A stretch of 64,000 bases of DNA from Octopus sinensis (GCF_006345805.1 NC_043000.1:142476001-142540000), one strand, 5' to 3'; positions 37,464 to 52,189 are shown, counted from the stretch's first letter. Notes: a model not told the origin generated them from the sequence alone. Numbers and translations are program-made.

Positions 37464-37940
37464 GTAATTAAGGAGTGAACGCTTACTTCTCATAAATCCA
37501 GATCTCCCAACCTGGAATTTCACCATACTTAGACAGAGAAATAGACAGACCGAGTGCTATTGTTCCTTTAGTCACACCATTGCTATGAGGAAGTTTGTCT
37601 TGATATAAGTTAATATTATTTAGGTTTTATCGTAAAGGAATGATATTTTCGTTTGTTGGGATGAAGAATACCATATAATCTGACACTTTTTCATTTCAGT
37701 TATAGTTTCCTATAATTGGTATTCAATTCTAAAGTCGTATATTGATATTGAATTCTATTGATATTGAATTCTATTGATATTCAGATCTAAAGTCGTATAT
37801 GCTCATATCCATTTACTTGAATTTTATCAGTACGGGAATTTCATCAGCTGAGAATAACTTAATTACAATTAGTTTGTTATGAAGTGGGAGATCGGGTAAT
37901 GAAGGTAAAATTTACCAGAGGGAAAGATAAGGATGATGTA

Positions 37941-39201
37941 CGAGGTGGTATCAAAACGTTCCCGGACTAGTTATGTTTAATTTTTTTAAAAAATTATTTA
38001 CCTGAGTTTTAACATCATCTCCTTCGAAATAACCACCTTGCGCAACAATACACCGGTTCCAGCGTTCTAGCCAGTCTTGGAATCCAACCTGAAAGTGTTT
38101 TTCCGTAAGCGAGTCGAAGACCTGCAATTCGCTCTCGATCTCGACAACTGTGTTAAAACGACGACCTTTGAACTGCATTTTCATCTTGGGGAAGAAATGG
38201 AAATCCGTTGTTTATGGGGAGAAACTCGTGAGTGATTAGGGCTTGGTGATTAGGGTGCATTGTCATTATGCAGAATCTAATTCTATGCGCTCCACAGATC
38301 CGGTTGCTTTTGCCTAATGTTCTCCCTCAAACGCTTCAAAACGTTGCAGTAGAACTCTTGATAGACGGCCTGACCAGGACGGGGGTAGACGAATTCTCGT
38401 TGCACAATACCACCGATATCGAAAAGAACGATGAGCATGCTCTAGACGGAGCTCTGGTTCTGCCATGCCTTCTTGGACTGGGGAGATGAAAGCCTCTTCT
38501 ATGGTGTTGAATGCTGCTTCGTCCCAGGGTTGTACCTGTAGAATCAACAATCGTCACCGGTGATGATCCTCGACATGAAGGATAGTTCAACCTAACATGC
38601 TGACGGAGATTGTGACAGACTTCGACATGATGTTCTTTCTGCTCAGTGGTCAAATGGCAGGGGACACACTTGGCAGAAAAAACACCGCATTTTCAATTCA
38701 GACATTACGATTGCCTTCACGGACCGATACGATAAACCAACATCAACAATGTCGTTGATTGTCCTCCGACGATGCTCATGCACGTCCTGATGAATTTTCA
38801 CATTTCCGGAGGTGAGGCATGTGACAGTTCTTCCAGATCGATCATCGTCTTCTAAGGACCTTCTTACGCTTTTGAAGAACACGTACCACTCGAAACATTT
38901 CGCACGACCCATTGCCGTAAGCTTGCCGAAGCACGCTCAATATCTCTGCTGCAGATTCCCCAACTTTAACGCAAAATTTCAAGTTGGCTCTTTCTTCCAA
39001 CTTCCTGTCCATCGCAGAATATAGAATATACGTAATCATAAAAACAAAACAAATTTGACAAGTTTCAAAGTAATCACAGCAATTTCACTCGACACACTGC
39101 TTCATGAAATTCACTGCTAGCTCTCATTGTGCACGCAACCGTGTGCTGCAATCTGTTGGCGCACTACAGACCTAGTCCGAGAACGTTTTTAAACAACCTC
39201 A
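37941..39201 (-). mobile_element. Full-length mariner (irritans-like), decayed transposase
   Basis: ~30-bp TIRs CGAGGTGGTATCAAAACGTTCCCGGACTAG / CTAGTCCGAGAACGTTTTTAAACAACCTCA with TA flanks. Transposase pieces: MDRKLEERANLKFCVK.G.SA.E....LRQAYG, RAKCFEWY..FKS.RRSLEDDDRSGR, LHNDNAP, WLERWNRCIVAQGGYFEGD. Confidence 0.92.
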
Positions 39202-39535
39202 TACTATAGTATAACATTAGAAAGTTTCTCATTATTCCTACCATATTTTGTTAAGAGTGAATAAGAAGCCTTTGAGAGTGCAAGAAATGATAGTAATTTA
39301 AAGTTACCTATTAATAGCTACAATCCAATTTCACATTTCTTTGAAATTCTCCAAAGCATCCTCAATAATGTCAGCATGATTTCTTAGGCTGCGCTCTAGT
39401 CACGCTGTTTATAAAAGATCTTCAATTCGAGCTGTTTTAATTGATGCGTGTTATATCGGTGCTCCGTCGTTTAGGGATCGATAGCAGTTTACCTAATCAC
39501 ACACAAATGTACACTCATATGCACTCGCTCACGAC

Positions 39536-40412
39536 AATATGAGTCTTCGAACACAGTTGCTCCAATAAGTACCGAAATAAAATTTGTGAATTATGAAGAG
39601 TCAAAGTTGGGAACAAAAACAGGACAGGGGACGCATACTAGAAAACCGAACAAAAACAAACATGGAGAGTCGTTTGGCCAGAACGAGGGTAAAATAGCGA
39701 ACGCTGGAGAAATATTCTTTAACAAGAGAACAGGTAGAAGAAAGATAGGATATGTCTAGTGTTTAGAACAGCCCTGAAAGTAATGAAATATGATCAGGTG
39801 AGGGAAAGGAAGCGGAGTGATCACGTGTGAGCAACGAGGGAGAGTAAAGAAGAAAGACGAGAGAGAGGGACAGATAGAAAACGGTGAAAGGGAGAAAAAA
39901 GTGAATTAGAGAAAGGATGAGAGAGAAAAATGATGGGGGGAACAGTATATAGCAGAGACGCATCAAAAAGATAAACTTACTTGGAAATGGATGTATACAC
40001 ACACATATGTATATATACGTACAGGATGTCACCAACAGTAAACAACATGAAATATGAAAACAAATAAGTTCAATACGCAAATAACGAGAGAAACAAACGG
40101 AAAAGAAGACAAGTAACGTAAAGAATGACCCTTCATCAATTGTCGATAGTCCATCTATTCCGCGTTTCGAACAGTGAACGAAAATATGAGTCTTCGAAGA
40201 CAGTTGCTCCCATAAGTACCAAAATAAAATTTGAGATTTATGAAGGGTCAAAGTTGGGAACAAAAGCAGGACAGTGGAGACATACAAGTAAACCGAACGA
40301 AAACAACATGGACGGTCGTTAGACCAGAACGAGGGCAAAATAGCGAACGCTGGAGAAATATTTTCTTTGAAAAGAGAAAAGATAGAAGAAAGAGATAAGA
40401 TACGTCCAGTCT

Positions 40413-40415
<3 letters not shown>
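39536..40415. repeat. ~230-bp direct repeat pair (39536-39765, 40183-40415) around a ~420-bp spacer
   Basis: GAGTCTTCGAA.ACAGTTGCTCC.ATAAGTACC.AAATAAAATTTG...GTCAAAGTTGGGAACAAAA...CAGAACGAGGG.AAAATAGCGAACGCTGGAGAAATATT occurs twice; no TG..CA termini. Confidence 0.85.
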
Positions 40416-40458
<43 letters not shown>

Positions 40459-40462
40459 TTAC

Positions 40463-40466
<4 letters not shown>

Positions 40467-40545
<79 letters not shown>

Positions 40546-40659
40546 GTGATAATAATAATAATAATAAATTTCTTAAGAAGGGAGTCCAACTCATAATGCG
40601 CAGTATCAATATGTACAAAATAAAGATTAATACTAATTCCAACTTATCGTTACTTAAGA

Positions 40660-40720
<61 letters not shown>
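40467..40720. repeat. (TAA)n and (TTA)n arrays in inverted orientation around a ~95-bp spacer
   Basis: Direct reading: 40467-40567 and 40661-40720. Confidence 0.9.
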
Positions 40721-42464
40721 GCTACTAACAGATTCCTTCTCCTTTTAATATTTTACTTCCTTCTGTTATTATCCCCACCCACCCCGCTCTTGCCATTCCT
40801 TTGTTTTATAAAAAAAACTAATAAGAGTTTTAAAATAGCAGTATATTATACATGCACCATTTATTAAATTTTTTCACATTAACAGATAGTTCAAATGCGC
40901 AAAACTTGTATTACATGCAGTCCACTTTATCAAGGGTAATCGTTTTAGTTTTTCGATAACATTCTACCCATAAGCACATTTTAAGGAATGATGATGCGGA
41001 AATAACACATGCGTAGTTTATTACTGGGATCTAAAGTAACAATAATATTTTGAAATTTATATGCGCCCACCAACCAAGCGACGCCATTTGCGTGAGTGTC
41101 TGTGCGTGTGCGCGTGCGTGTGTAAGACAACACATTTACTGACAGAAAAGCATACTATTCAAATAAATTATCTTTGAGATATCTTCTTTTTTGTTAAATC
41201 ACCGTAAATAAATTCCAGCATTGATCTTTTCAGGTACTCCAATATTTCTAAAATTATAAACAGAAACAATGTGGAGTGTAAAAAAAAATCAAAAATTTTC
41301 AAATTTTACTTTTTTTTTAAATAGCTTATGGGGAGAAAAATATTGAAAAAATATCAACACCTGTGACAGTGACAAAGGATGTGCTAGAAACAACACCTAA
41401 ATCTCCTTTAAATCACACACCTTTTCTTGTGAAAATATTAAATTTATTTTTCTTTTAGCGCAAAGGCTTCTCCAATCGTTTTTAAGTGGGTACTCCAAAA
41501 ACAAAGTGGCCAAAATCGGTGTGAATGAAGATAAAGAGGGGAAAAGAGGAAGGTGAGAAAAAATTAGGCCGTGGTGAAAAAGGAATTGGAAATATCACCT
41601 TCAAAACGGAGAAAATCCAACATGCGGGTGTTCTGCTACGAAACATCTCATTATTGAAATTAGTGATTACTCATTTTGCCCAATTTAGACATCATTGTTT
41701 GAGAATGGAAAATTATCAAATTAGACATTAGTGTTGGAAAAAATTGACACGGAATCCAACAGAGAAAAGAACAAGAATTCTTTAATACCAAAAATTATCC
41801 AAATACTTTATTAGTAACCTCAAAATAAGAAAAAATAAGAAATGACTTACTTTGCTCCGCCCCCTATAGTAATTTCAAATATTTGACAAATTGGATTAGT
41901 ACAAAATGACGAAAAAAATAGACGAAATAAAGAAAGAAAAAGGTTCGATTTAATGAAAAATTTTGAAGATATATGCAAAAATAAGCTGAAAACAATGTTT
42001 TGAGCTGTTTTGAGATGTAATTCTATAAGTAGAGCTAAATTCAAAATTTACATTTTTGAACATTTTTTGTGTGTGCGCGTACGTGTGTGTGAATGTGCGT
42101 TAATGAATATGGTAATAAGATTCGGTTCTAGTGTCAGAAACTATTTATAAGTTTGGCCACACTGAAACTCAAATGATAATCAGCTTAAGTTCTTTAATTT
42201 GAAGTGGCATAAAATAATGAGACCATTATATATTTAATAGAATATAACACAATATCCAACACTATTTCATTTATGCTTGTTATTTTGCGCGTATAAATCT
42301 TTGTTCTTCACATTTTCCTCTTGAAATTAGTCTGCAAAATAAATCAGCCTCCTATGAGTGTTACATATTTTGTGCCTTAAACTTAATTTCTGAGCCTGTT
42401 ATTTACAAGCCCTTTTCAATGTAACGATATATACATATACACACATATATATAGTAATATAATA

Positions 42465-42533
42465 AATAAATAAAATATATGCATATATACATACATATAT
42501 GTACATACTTACATCTACATGTATATATACATG

Positions 42534-42611
<78 letters not shown>

Positions 42612-42772
42612 TATATATACAGGACACCACAAATAAACGTAGAACACAACGAGAGACGAGAACATAAATTCAAACAAGGAAACGGACTTTTTTTAAACAA
42701 CGAAAAAACAGAGTACAGGACAAACAATACAAGGAAAATTTCCCTTCATCAGCTGTCCCTGGTTCGACTCAA
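42465..42772 (-). repeat. Interspersed repeat 'family P'
   Basis: Homologue of 15850-16110 with an expanded internal (TA)n. Confidence 0.75.
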
Positions 42773-42778
42773 AGTGTG

Positions 42779-42812
<34 letters not shown>

Positions 42813-45323
42813 TTTCTATACAGCGTTGCAATCAGGTTCATTTTACTAGGTAGATGAGGTTTTAACAATCAATGTCTCTTAATCTTTTGTAAAGGATTAT
42901 TGTTGGCATCAAGCATATTATAATTATGTGTTGCTGCTTCGTATAATATCTATGCATCAATCAGAAATGGCCGACGATTAACATTATCGTTAAAGGCAGA
43001 AAAGATGAATCGTTAGAGTACTGAAAAAATAACTTGCAACGCTTCACCCAGGTATCTGCGATTTTATCTGAAACCCCCGCCGAAGTAAGCTTTAAATTCT
43101 AATCCTCGGGGATCAATAAAATAAGCTATAACAGTAACGTGGACAGTTGAAGGCATTTTAGAGAGTTGGGCAAAATGCATTGCGGTATGAGTTCGAGTTC
43201 ACACTATTTATTTCCAACTAAAGTGACGGACTTGTCTTGAGACAAATATTTTTCTACTGGCTTAAATTTAATGATGGTGCTCCACTTCTTCGTAAAAGAT
43301 ATGAATAAAACCCGTAAATAAGCTCTCTACCTGTAAGAAATAGCAACTAAATTCCATTGAAATTACAATCTACTGAGTTACAGAAATACAGACTGAACAG
43401 TTTTTAGGAGTTGATCATAGCTTATACGACTTTGACAATTATATACATCTTCGATCTGAAATTGTGTAGAACTGTATAGATTATTCAGTTCGAAGATAAT
43501 ATCAAATATAATATTCAACACACACAGACATACATATACACACAGACACACACACTCACACGCACACACACGCACGCACACACACACACATATCATACTC
43601 ATCATCATCATATGTAGTTGTAAATAGAACAATATTTGATAATCCACCCACCACTACCTAGGTAACTAATGTGAAGTATATGATTCGCTGAAAACTTTTA
43701 ATCGTTTGGGAACTTATTTGAAGTTGTCTCCCCTATTGCTGAAATACAAGTTATTTCTCTATACTATAATTTTCGATACATCATATATATTATCTAATAG
43801 AATTTCTGACTAATTGTAATTAATACAAATGTACTTCTAACGAGCATGCGAGAACAAAAGGGTGCCTTAAGCGTTCATTCTTAATATATGTCCACATTGA
43901 ATTTTATAGCCATCTTAGTTATTTGTGCAGGATATATCGGATTAAACTAAAAGATACTCTACACACACAATAACATACATATATGAAAGCCCTACTGCCT
44001 AAGTCTTCATTGTTTGTATAAATGTATATAATTTCGTATTTGCTATACTGTCTTTGGAGCTGTGAGAAACTAATATGCGAAGGGTGCTTATAATTCTATT
44101 TCATGTAGTCTACATCGTGATCCTAGGTTTTAGGCTTTAGACTTTAAGCTAATATTAATATATCATCTAGTCGAAATTTCTGCGCATATTGTTCTATATT
44201 CTTGTACATTATTTTTAATGGTTCTTTATCATTACTTCGGTATGAACAGTGAATTCGATGTTGTGCAAAGAATGACTAAAATGATACAGGGGAATAATTG
44301 GTTTTTACATCTTATACTTGCTCAAACAAAATAATAATTAGCCAATGGCTAACGTTACACTTTTCCTGTTGCACAATTATTTCCAGTAAGCTGTTTTAAG
44401 CCAGCTGCATTTAATATATTACCACTAATTTAGCTCTCCTCTAAGAACTGACGTACTTGGCGACGTATGCTAATATTTGTTCTTTTGTGAATTTGTTTCG
44501 CTAATGACAATTAATTTTCATGCTTTGAAGATATACTACAATTTTTTTATACTTTTATGTATATGTTGCCTTCCGGATACTTTTTATATCAAGTGTTATA
44601 TAAAGATGGAGCGATGAGAATTTCATGCTTTCTGTGGATTCATGATCCGCAGACTTCGTTGTTCTTGACATTGTTTAACACAGACCGGTCCTCATCTAAG
44701 CAATTCAGTCATTATACACATTAGTATCAATTATTTTTATATTAGTCATTACCGTCCCATATTTGATAAAAACATAGTCTATCTGGGATTACATTATTCA
44801 AAGGGCTCTTCATTTTAAAATTGAAGCTCGTGATTAATCTGCGGGATATAAGCCGCTATTTCTAGAAGTTAGAATTACCAAGTAGAGGTTCGTATTAAGA
44901 TTTCTTTTGAATTTATCACTATAGTCGCATCTATATTTATGCGAAAGATCGCTCGTTTGCTCTATGTCATCCATGAAGAAAGATTAAACGATGTATTCTG
45001 ATGACATATCATTAGCTACATCAAGTAATTAGGTGCATTACTTTATCTGATGTTAGTGTATTGCTTTATCAGATGTTTGATCTGTTTGATAAAGTCAACT
45101 AACTTCTACTTGTAATCAGATTATATTGTGCAATCAAAGGCGAAGTACTGATAAAAAAAATAATAAAATCGATTAGGTTAAAATTATTTAACATTATAAA
45201 AGTATATTCATATATGATTCTACTTTGGTGCAGGAAATATTTAGGAATGAGATGCAAACCGTTGGTTACATGCATAGTAATACACACATGTATATATGCA
45301 CATATACAAGTGTGTGTATGTAC

Positions 45324-45366
<43 letters not shown>

Positions 45367-45395
45367 ATATATATAAACATACGTGCACATATATA

Positions 45396-45808
45396 GGCGC
45401 AGGAGTGGCTGTGTGATAAGAAGTTTGCTTTACCGTCACATGGTTCCGGCTTCAATTCCACTGCGTGACACCTTCGACGCGTGTCTTCTGCTATTGCCTC
45501 GGGCCGACCAAACACTAGTGGGTGAATTTGGTAGACGGAAACTGAAAGAAACCCGTCATATATATATATATATATGTATATGCATGCATATATTTGTGTG
45601 TGTGTGTGTGTCTGTGTTTGTCCCCCTCCATCGTTTTCACAACCGATGTCGTTATGTTTACGTCCACGTAACTTAGTGGTTTGGCAGGGGGTCGACGGAG
45701 TAAGTACTAGCCTAACAAAGAATAAGTCCTGGGGGTCGATTTGTTCCACTAAATGTGGTGCTCACGCATAGCTGCAGCCAACGACTGGAAGAAGTAAAAG
45801 AACAAAAG
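45396..45808 (+). mobile_element. SINE family A
   Basis: Head, internal microsatellite and tail are present; moderately diverged. Confidence 0.9.
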
Positions 45809-45886
45809 ATTATATACATAGATGTACATGAATATACACACAAACGTATATGCATGTATATATATGCGTGTGTGTGCGTGAGTATG

Positions 45887-45945
<59 letters not shown>

Positions 45946-46031
45946 AGGTGTGTGTGTGTATATATGTATATATATATATATATAAATATATGTATATGCA
46001 TATATACATGTGTGTACATGTAGATATATAT

Positions 46032-46097
<66 letters not shown>

Positions 46098-46099
46098 AG

Positions 46100-46374
46100 G
46101 TATACTAGCCATCTAGGTATTGACCTGTCGTCGGCATTGGGACTCCCTTCATCGAAAACCGGTGATTGTCGTACGCCGACGACAGGTCAATACCTAGAAA
46201 CTGCAGTCCGTGCGTATCACTTAGGTTGACGAGGGAGGGATGACCTCCCTTTGCAAATACCATAAGAGCACGGGACGTGTGCCTAAAGCCAGCTGGAGAC
46301 GATGTTCTCCTGGGGCTACAAGCTACATTAACACCAACCCTTAGTGGTTAGCCATATTGAGATGGCTAGTATAC
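46100..46374. mobile_element. Small structured non-autonomous DNA element (MITE/HINE-like)
   Basis: 15-bp terminal IR GTATACTAGCCATCT / AGATGGCTAGTATAC, a perfect 24-bp internal IR (46112-46135 / 46175-46198) and a 3' hairpin TAGCCAT-ATTGAG-ATGGCTA. Confidence 0.6.
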
Positions 46375-48758
46375 TTCACATTGTCGTGCAGTTACTGTTT
46401 ACACCTCGTTCAGAGATTTATTGTATATATATATATATTTCTATTTATATATTTATAATATACACAGTTTTAGAGAACATCATTGATGTTCTAACGCTTA
46501 TACGGTGGGAAACATGAATGTTGATGCTAACCAAGAATGTATGTGTTAAACAGGTAAACAGAATGTATCTCTTTTTTCTTAAGGGTAATTTTTATACTTA
46601 TCTTCAATTGAAATGAGTGCAAAAGCTGTAATTATTAGTCTCTTACGCAATATCATTATCGAAGAGTGACGTACCAAAGTAAAACTTTTGAAACATTAAC
46701 TGACCTTGTCCAAATCAACTCTAATCTAACCAAACTCCCTTATCACTATCTGAATGTATTTTGAACAGAAAATATACCTCTTCATTATGGCGCCATGCAA
46801 AGAAATTAAGCTCCAAGTTTTCAAGTACTGGCATCTAGCACCATTGTTTGAATTGAAAACTTATTGAACCATCAATTAGCAAACGTTACACATTGTAGAC
46901 ATGGTAACATGATTTCTCATTTAATATCAAGTTAAAAATCACTGCATATTACCAGCTTAAATAGATTCATTCTCCCCTCTTCAAGGAAAGTGCGATAATC
47001 GTCTCTAAGAAACCCACATAAACTTTTAACCATAAATAAATGCAAATATCCTAGTAACTTATGTGTTACCACATCTTTCTTTTGATAAGCCTTGCTAATT
47101 TTGTAGTTACAAAATATTGCTTCAGTTTGTTGAAAATTCGCATACGATTATGAATGTCACTTGTAGATAGTGTTATCGAATAAACACTTCATTAAAATTC
47201 ATCATACTATTATCAAAATGATCTTGTGAACAAGAAAATTAACTAAAACTGTAAGGCTTTAGCTGAATAAATACTTCCATACCCTACATTAGGTATTGCT
47301 AAATTATGGCTGCGTTAACAAAGTTTTGTGTTAGTGCTGTACTGTATTATATAGTTTATCAAGATATATATACAAAACCCGCAATATATGTGGTGAAATT
47401 CCATTAGACCCCGAGTACGCTTCATAACAGCTCTCCGAATTAGTGTTTCAAATTCCCAGTTAATAACTTAAGAAACTACTTTTGATGCATCTGTAAATAA
47501 AAAGCAATTATAGCAACGTGTAAGATTAATATTACTTCAGAAATCACAAACGTATTGCAATGTTGTACTGCACAACAGAATGTATTAAGCGGTCTTTAAC
47601 CAACACTGTATGCGTAACCAGATATGAATACCATTTCTGTATACTATCTTCGTTGACAAGAAAAGAGGACTAGATACAATTCCATATTGGATTTCAGCAG
47701 GTGTCAGTATACGTTATATATGTAAATTTGTTTATATAATCTACCTAAGCTCGTAACAATGGTAGTTTAAGAGAAGCTATATATTGGGAAGTTAAGAAGA
47801 CTGCCGAGATTAAACGTATATCGGTTGATCTTTCAATTTATGCCCATGAATAGACTCTCTATGCCCAAACAACTTCGCATTTTTCTTCACGGAAAATGTA
47901 AGCAACAAAGTTATACATATACCCTATAGTAAAATATATATTGAAATGTGTTCAACCATCACGTATTTATAAATCGAACCAACTGCCAAGAAGGAATTAT
48001 AGATATGAATAAAACTATCGTATTTACTTATGCCCTTAGTAATGAATTATATATATAAATTAACTTTTCCTATATTTATGCCCTTAGAATTTATGATTTT
48101 ATAAGTTTGTGCATAGGGAATAAAAGGCATTTAGCTGAAATGAAACCAGGTCTCTTCACCTTTTTCTATCCACAAGGCATTGCGCTTAGAGAATAGATGT
48201 CTAAATATATACACTATATGTTAAAATGTATGCTTATATCTGGTATGCTTATAATGTATGCTTATAGCTATTGGGTAATTACATTTTTCGTATGGGCTAC
48301 AAACAACGAATACACAGACACACATACACAAACACAAATACACACACGCGCACATTAACTATTACAAAGGGGATATTGGTAGTTCATTCAAGATTTCGTC
48401 TCGCTCGTTTTCACAACCGTATGAAGACGAACAAACCAAAACTATGCACCTAGGGTCAATCTTTTCCTTGTAAAAGATAATAAATGTGTACCAACATACA
48501 ACAACAAGAATATATAGAAGTAAACACGCACACACACATACACAGACATATGCACACACGCATAAGCACAATAATCGATTATGTAAACAGAACAGAGGGA
48601 ATCGGTACAACTCTTTTGTTTGTACGATCATCGTTTCGAGCCGCCCTGTATCAATCTTGCAGTCTGGGCCAGATCAGGTATATTCATACATGAAGTGGAG
48701 TCTCGCTAAAGATCTTGAGTTTGGGCAGTTATGTTTTTATTTGCCCCCTTCGGTTAGG

Positions 48759-49263
<505 letters not shown>

Positions 49264-49276
49264 ATATATATATATG

Positions 49277-49346
<70 letters not shown>

Positions 49347-49557
49347 TGTATGTATGTATGTATGTATGTATGTATGTATGTATGTATGTGTGTGTGTGCG
49401 CATGTATGTATGCATGTATGCATAAGTAACTAGTTCTAAAATCTTTAAACGAGATATAAGTAGTAACAATACTAAATAATATTTTGGGGTCACAATAACA
49501 TGGCTGTTCTATAAACATCTATGTTACTACATATTAACTCCAGGAAAACATTTCTTC

Positions 49558-49847
49558 CAGCTGGTTAACGACACAACGTATCCGGTATATTGTGAGTAAG
49601 GGCTCCCAATGACTCCCTCCAGCTTGGTGAGACCAGTAGGCCATGGTTTTTGGGTCTACACCCTTCAAGGTACTGGACACCTGTCTGCTATGTTATAGTG
49701 GGAGAAAAACGTCACCGTCTAGGATTGTTGCTTGTTATGTATGCCGCTTCTCTGTGTCAACTGGTCTTGCCAAACTGGTGGGAGGGAAGTGATTCACAAT
49801 CTTACTCACAATAAACCGCACACAGGTTGTGTTCCTTTAACCAGCTG
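49558..49847. mobile_element. MITE-like element with ~80-bp imperfect TIRs
   Basis: CAGCTGGTTAAC..ACACAAC...CGGT.TATTGTGAGTAAG vs CTTACTCACAATAAACCGC...GTTGTGT...TTAACCAGCTG; inner arms GAGACCAGT / ACTGGTCTT. Confidence 0.65.
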
Positions 49848-50887
49848 AAAAATACGTTTTCCTGGGGATAAAATGTAGTAACATAATTCTTTATACAACA
49901 CCCGTGTTATGATGGCAAAAACACGTTACTAGTATTGTTACTACTTATATCTCGTTTAGAGATTTTAGAACTAGCTGCTTGGCTCGTTACCGGCCATCTT
50001 GCATTTAAGATACATGGATACATGTTTTTGTGGTATGCTCAACCTCTTACAAACGAATATACTTCACTAGATTAAACAATTGCATCCTCTACATCCAAAC
50101 CGATGATCTATCTATATATGTGTGTGTTTGTGTTAGTGCATGTGTGTTAGGAAACGTGCATAGTGAGTTTTATTAGGCTGACGCTCAAAGAAGGAAAAAA
50201 ATATGAAGTAAATCATATCGAAAGAAAGTATAACGTTTCCGACATATTCCGTCGACGGATACCAAAGGAAAGTACACGGAAGAGAGGAAGAGGAAGGAGG
50301 AAAAGAGATGAGAACAAAACAGAAGCGATTCACATAGGTACGTATGCATGCACATACATAAAACTATACACACACGACACACACAGTTCACACAAACACC
50401 CACGTGCGCACACACACATGCACATATGTATAGATTCAGGCAAGCTATAGAAGTAATCCATATATCCAGTATGTTCTATTTATTCTTTCGTAGTTATTCT
50501 CTGCATCTTTACTCACATTTTTATATCATGTCATATACATATTTTTCGTTCAATTATTAGTTTTATTATTATTATAATATTATTATTATTATTGCAAACC
50601 GCATTTCCATTTTCTAACAATTCAAAGTTTCCAATAAATCGTGGCCTTGAAATTTTTTATTTTAGTTTAATTTCTATAATACGCTTTGTTCAACATTTGA
50701 AAGAAACAAAAGCGTTTGTTACACCCGCAAGATATTCTTTTCAAAGTGATACAATTTTTGCTGTCAGTTTATCAATAGGGACAGTAAAAATATGAAATTC
50801 ATTTAGTCATGCCACCTTTATTAATGTTTTCTGCTACAGATTTCCAAGAAGAAACTTCTTTCTTTCATTTTTCTTTATTTTTATTTG

Positions 50888-50889
<2 letters not shown>

Positions 50890-50964
<75 letters not shown>

Positions 50965-50989
50965 CATCATTATTATTATTATTATTATT
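50890..50989. repeat. (TAT)n microsatellite
   Basis: Direct reading. Confidence 0.95.
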
Positions 50990-51735
50990 GGGGTGGCACA
51001 AATCACAAACAATAGATTCTTTAAAACGTAAGATAATTGAGGAGTGGATCCTTGCATTCAAGATGAATTCTCAAAAGTTGTTTCTTCTCTTATTAAATCA
51101 TATAACAACGACTTCCTAGCTTTTCTAAAATTGAGGTTTTTGTAATAGCTTCGCATTGTCAACAGGTGGCTTTGTATAGGTGCGGCTTCCTGACTCCTCT
51201 GAAAATGTATATGTTTCACTTACTCGATACGCTCTTTATGTCCATTCCAATTAAATGGACCCCTGGGCGCATATGTTTTACCATATTCCAAGCCAGGCAA
51301 CGTTATGCTATGTAAAAAGCGTAGACAGACGCTATGTGGAAGTTAACCATATAAACCGCTCTTGTACTTAGGAGGCTGGAGATAATACGCCAACGTCTGT
51401 GACACTATCATCTGTTCCATCAGAGTATTTAAGAGTCAGTCCTATGGTCGCCAACCATTCTTCGCTGGCTAGCGGGTCGATAAATCCCTCCCACTCGGAA
51501 ATAAATATCACAGCTGACACCACTACTGAAAATAAGGCAACTAAATAATTGCATTTGTGCTAAACAGAACTTAATAAAAATATATCGTTGACCCTTTAAC
51601 TAAAAAAAAGCTAAGGAAAATGATATTGAATTTTAAAACAGATAGAATATATTTCAAGTTGAGAAACCTAGCAAAGAGACGTCCATAAATCATTTAAATA
51701 CTAACTTTACCATTAACAGAGTTGGGGCATGATGC

Positions 51736-52145
51736 ATGGCATGGCTGTGTGGTAGGAAGCTTGCTTCCCAAACACAAGGTTCCGGGTTCAGTCACACTGC
51801 GTGGCACCTTGAGCAAGTGTCTTCTACTAAAGACTCAGGCCAACCAACGCCTTCTGAATGGATTTGGTAGACGGAGACTGAAACAAGCCCAACAAATGTG
51901 TGTGAGTAGGTTTGTTTCTCTGTGCGTGTGTGTGTGTGTTTGTGTGTTTCTCCACCCATCACAGTTTAACAACCAGCGTTGGTATGTTCATTTACCCATA
52001 AATTAGTGGTTCGGCAAAAACGAACGATGAAGTAAATACTAGGCTTAACAAAATGTCCTGGGATCGATGCGCCCGAGTAAAACTCTTCAAGGAGGTGCTC
52101 CAGCATGGCCGCAGTGCAATGACTGAAACAAGGAAAAGAAAAAAA
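51736..52145 (+). mobile_element. SINE family A, diverged
   Basis: Head TGGCTGTGTGGTAGGAAG..GGTTCAGTCAC and tail GGAGGTGCTCCAGCATGGCCGCAGTGCAATGACTGAAAC. Confidence 0.9.
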
Positions 52146-52189
52146 CGATTGAATATATGCATATATATATTCCTTTATTTATTAAAATT

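Noticed and set aside
41459-41552. Candidate exon TTTTAG|CGCAAAGG...GGAAG|GTGAGA
   Set aside because: Only one open frame, an unrecognised peptide and no supporting neighbouring exons; such signals occur by chance in AT-rich DNA.
42700-42772. CTGATGA plus stem AAGG/CCTT as a hammerhead (minus strand)
   Set aside because: The position needing GAAA reads GTAT (GTGT in the 15.9-kb copy), so the core is incomplete.
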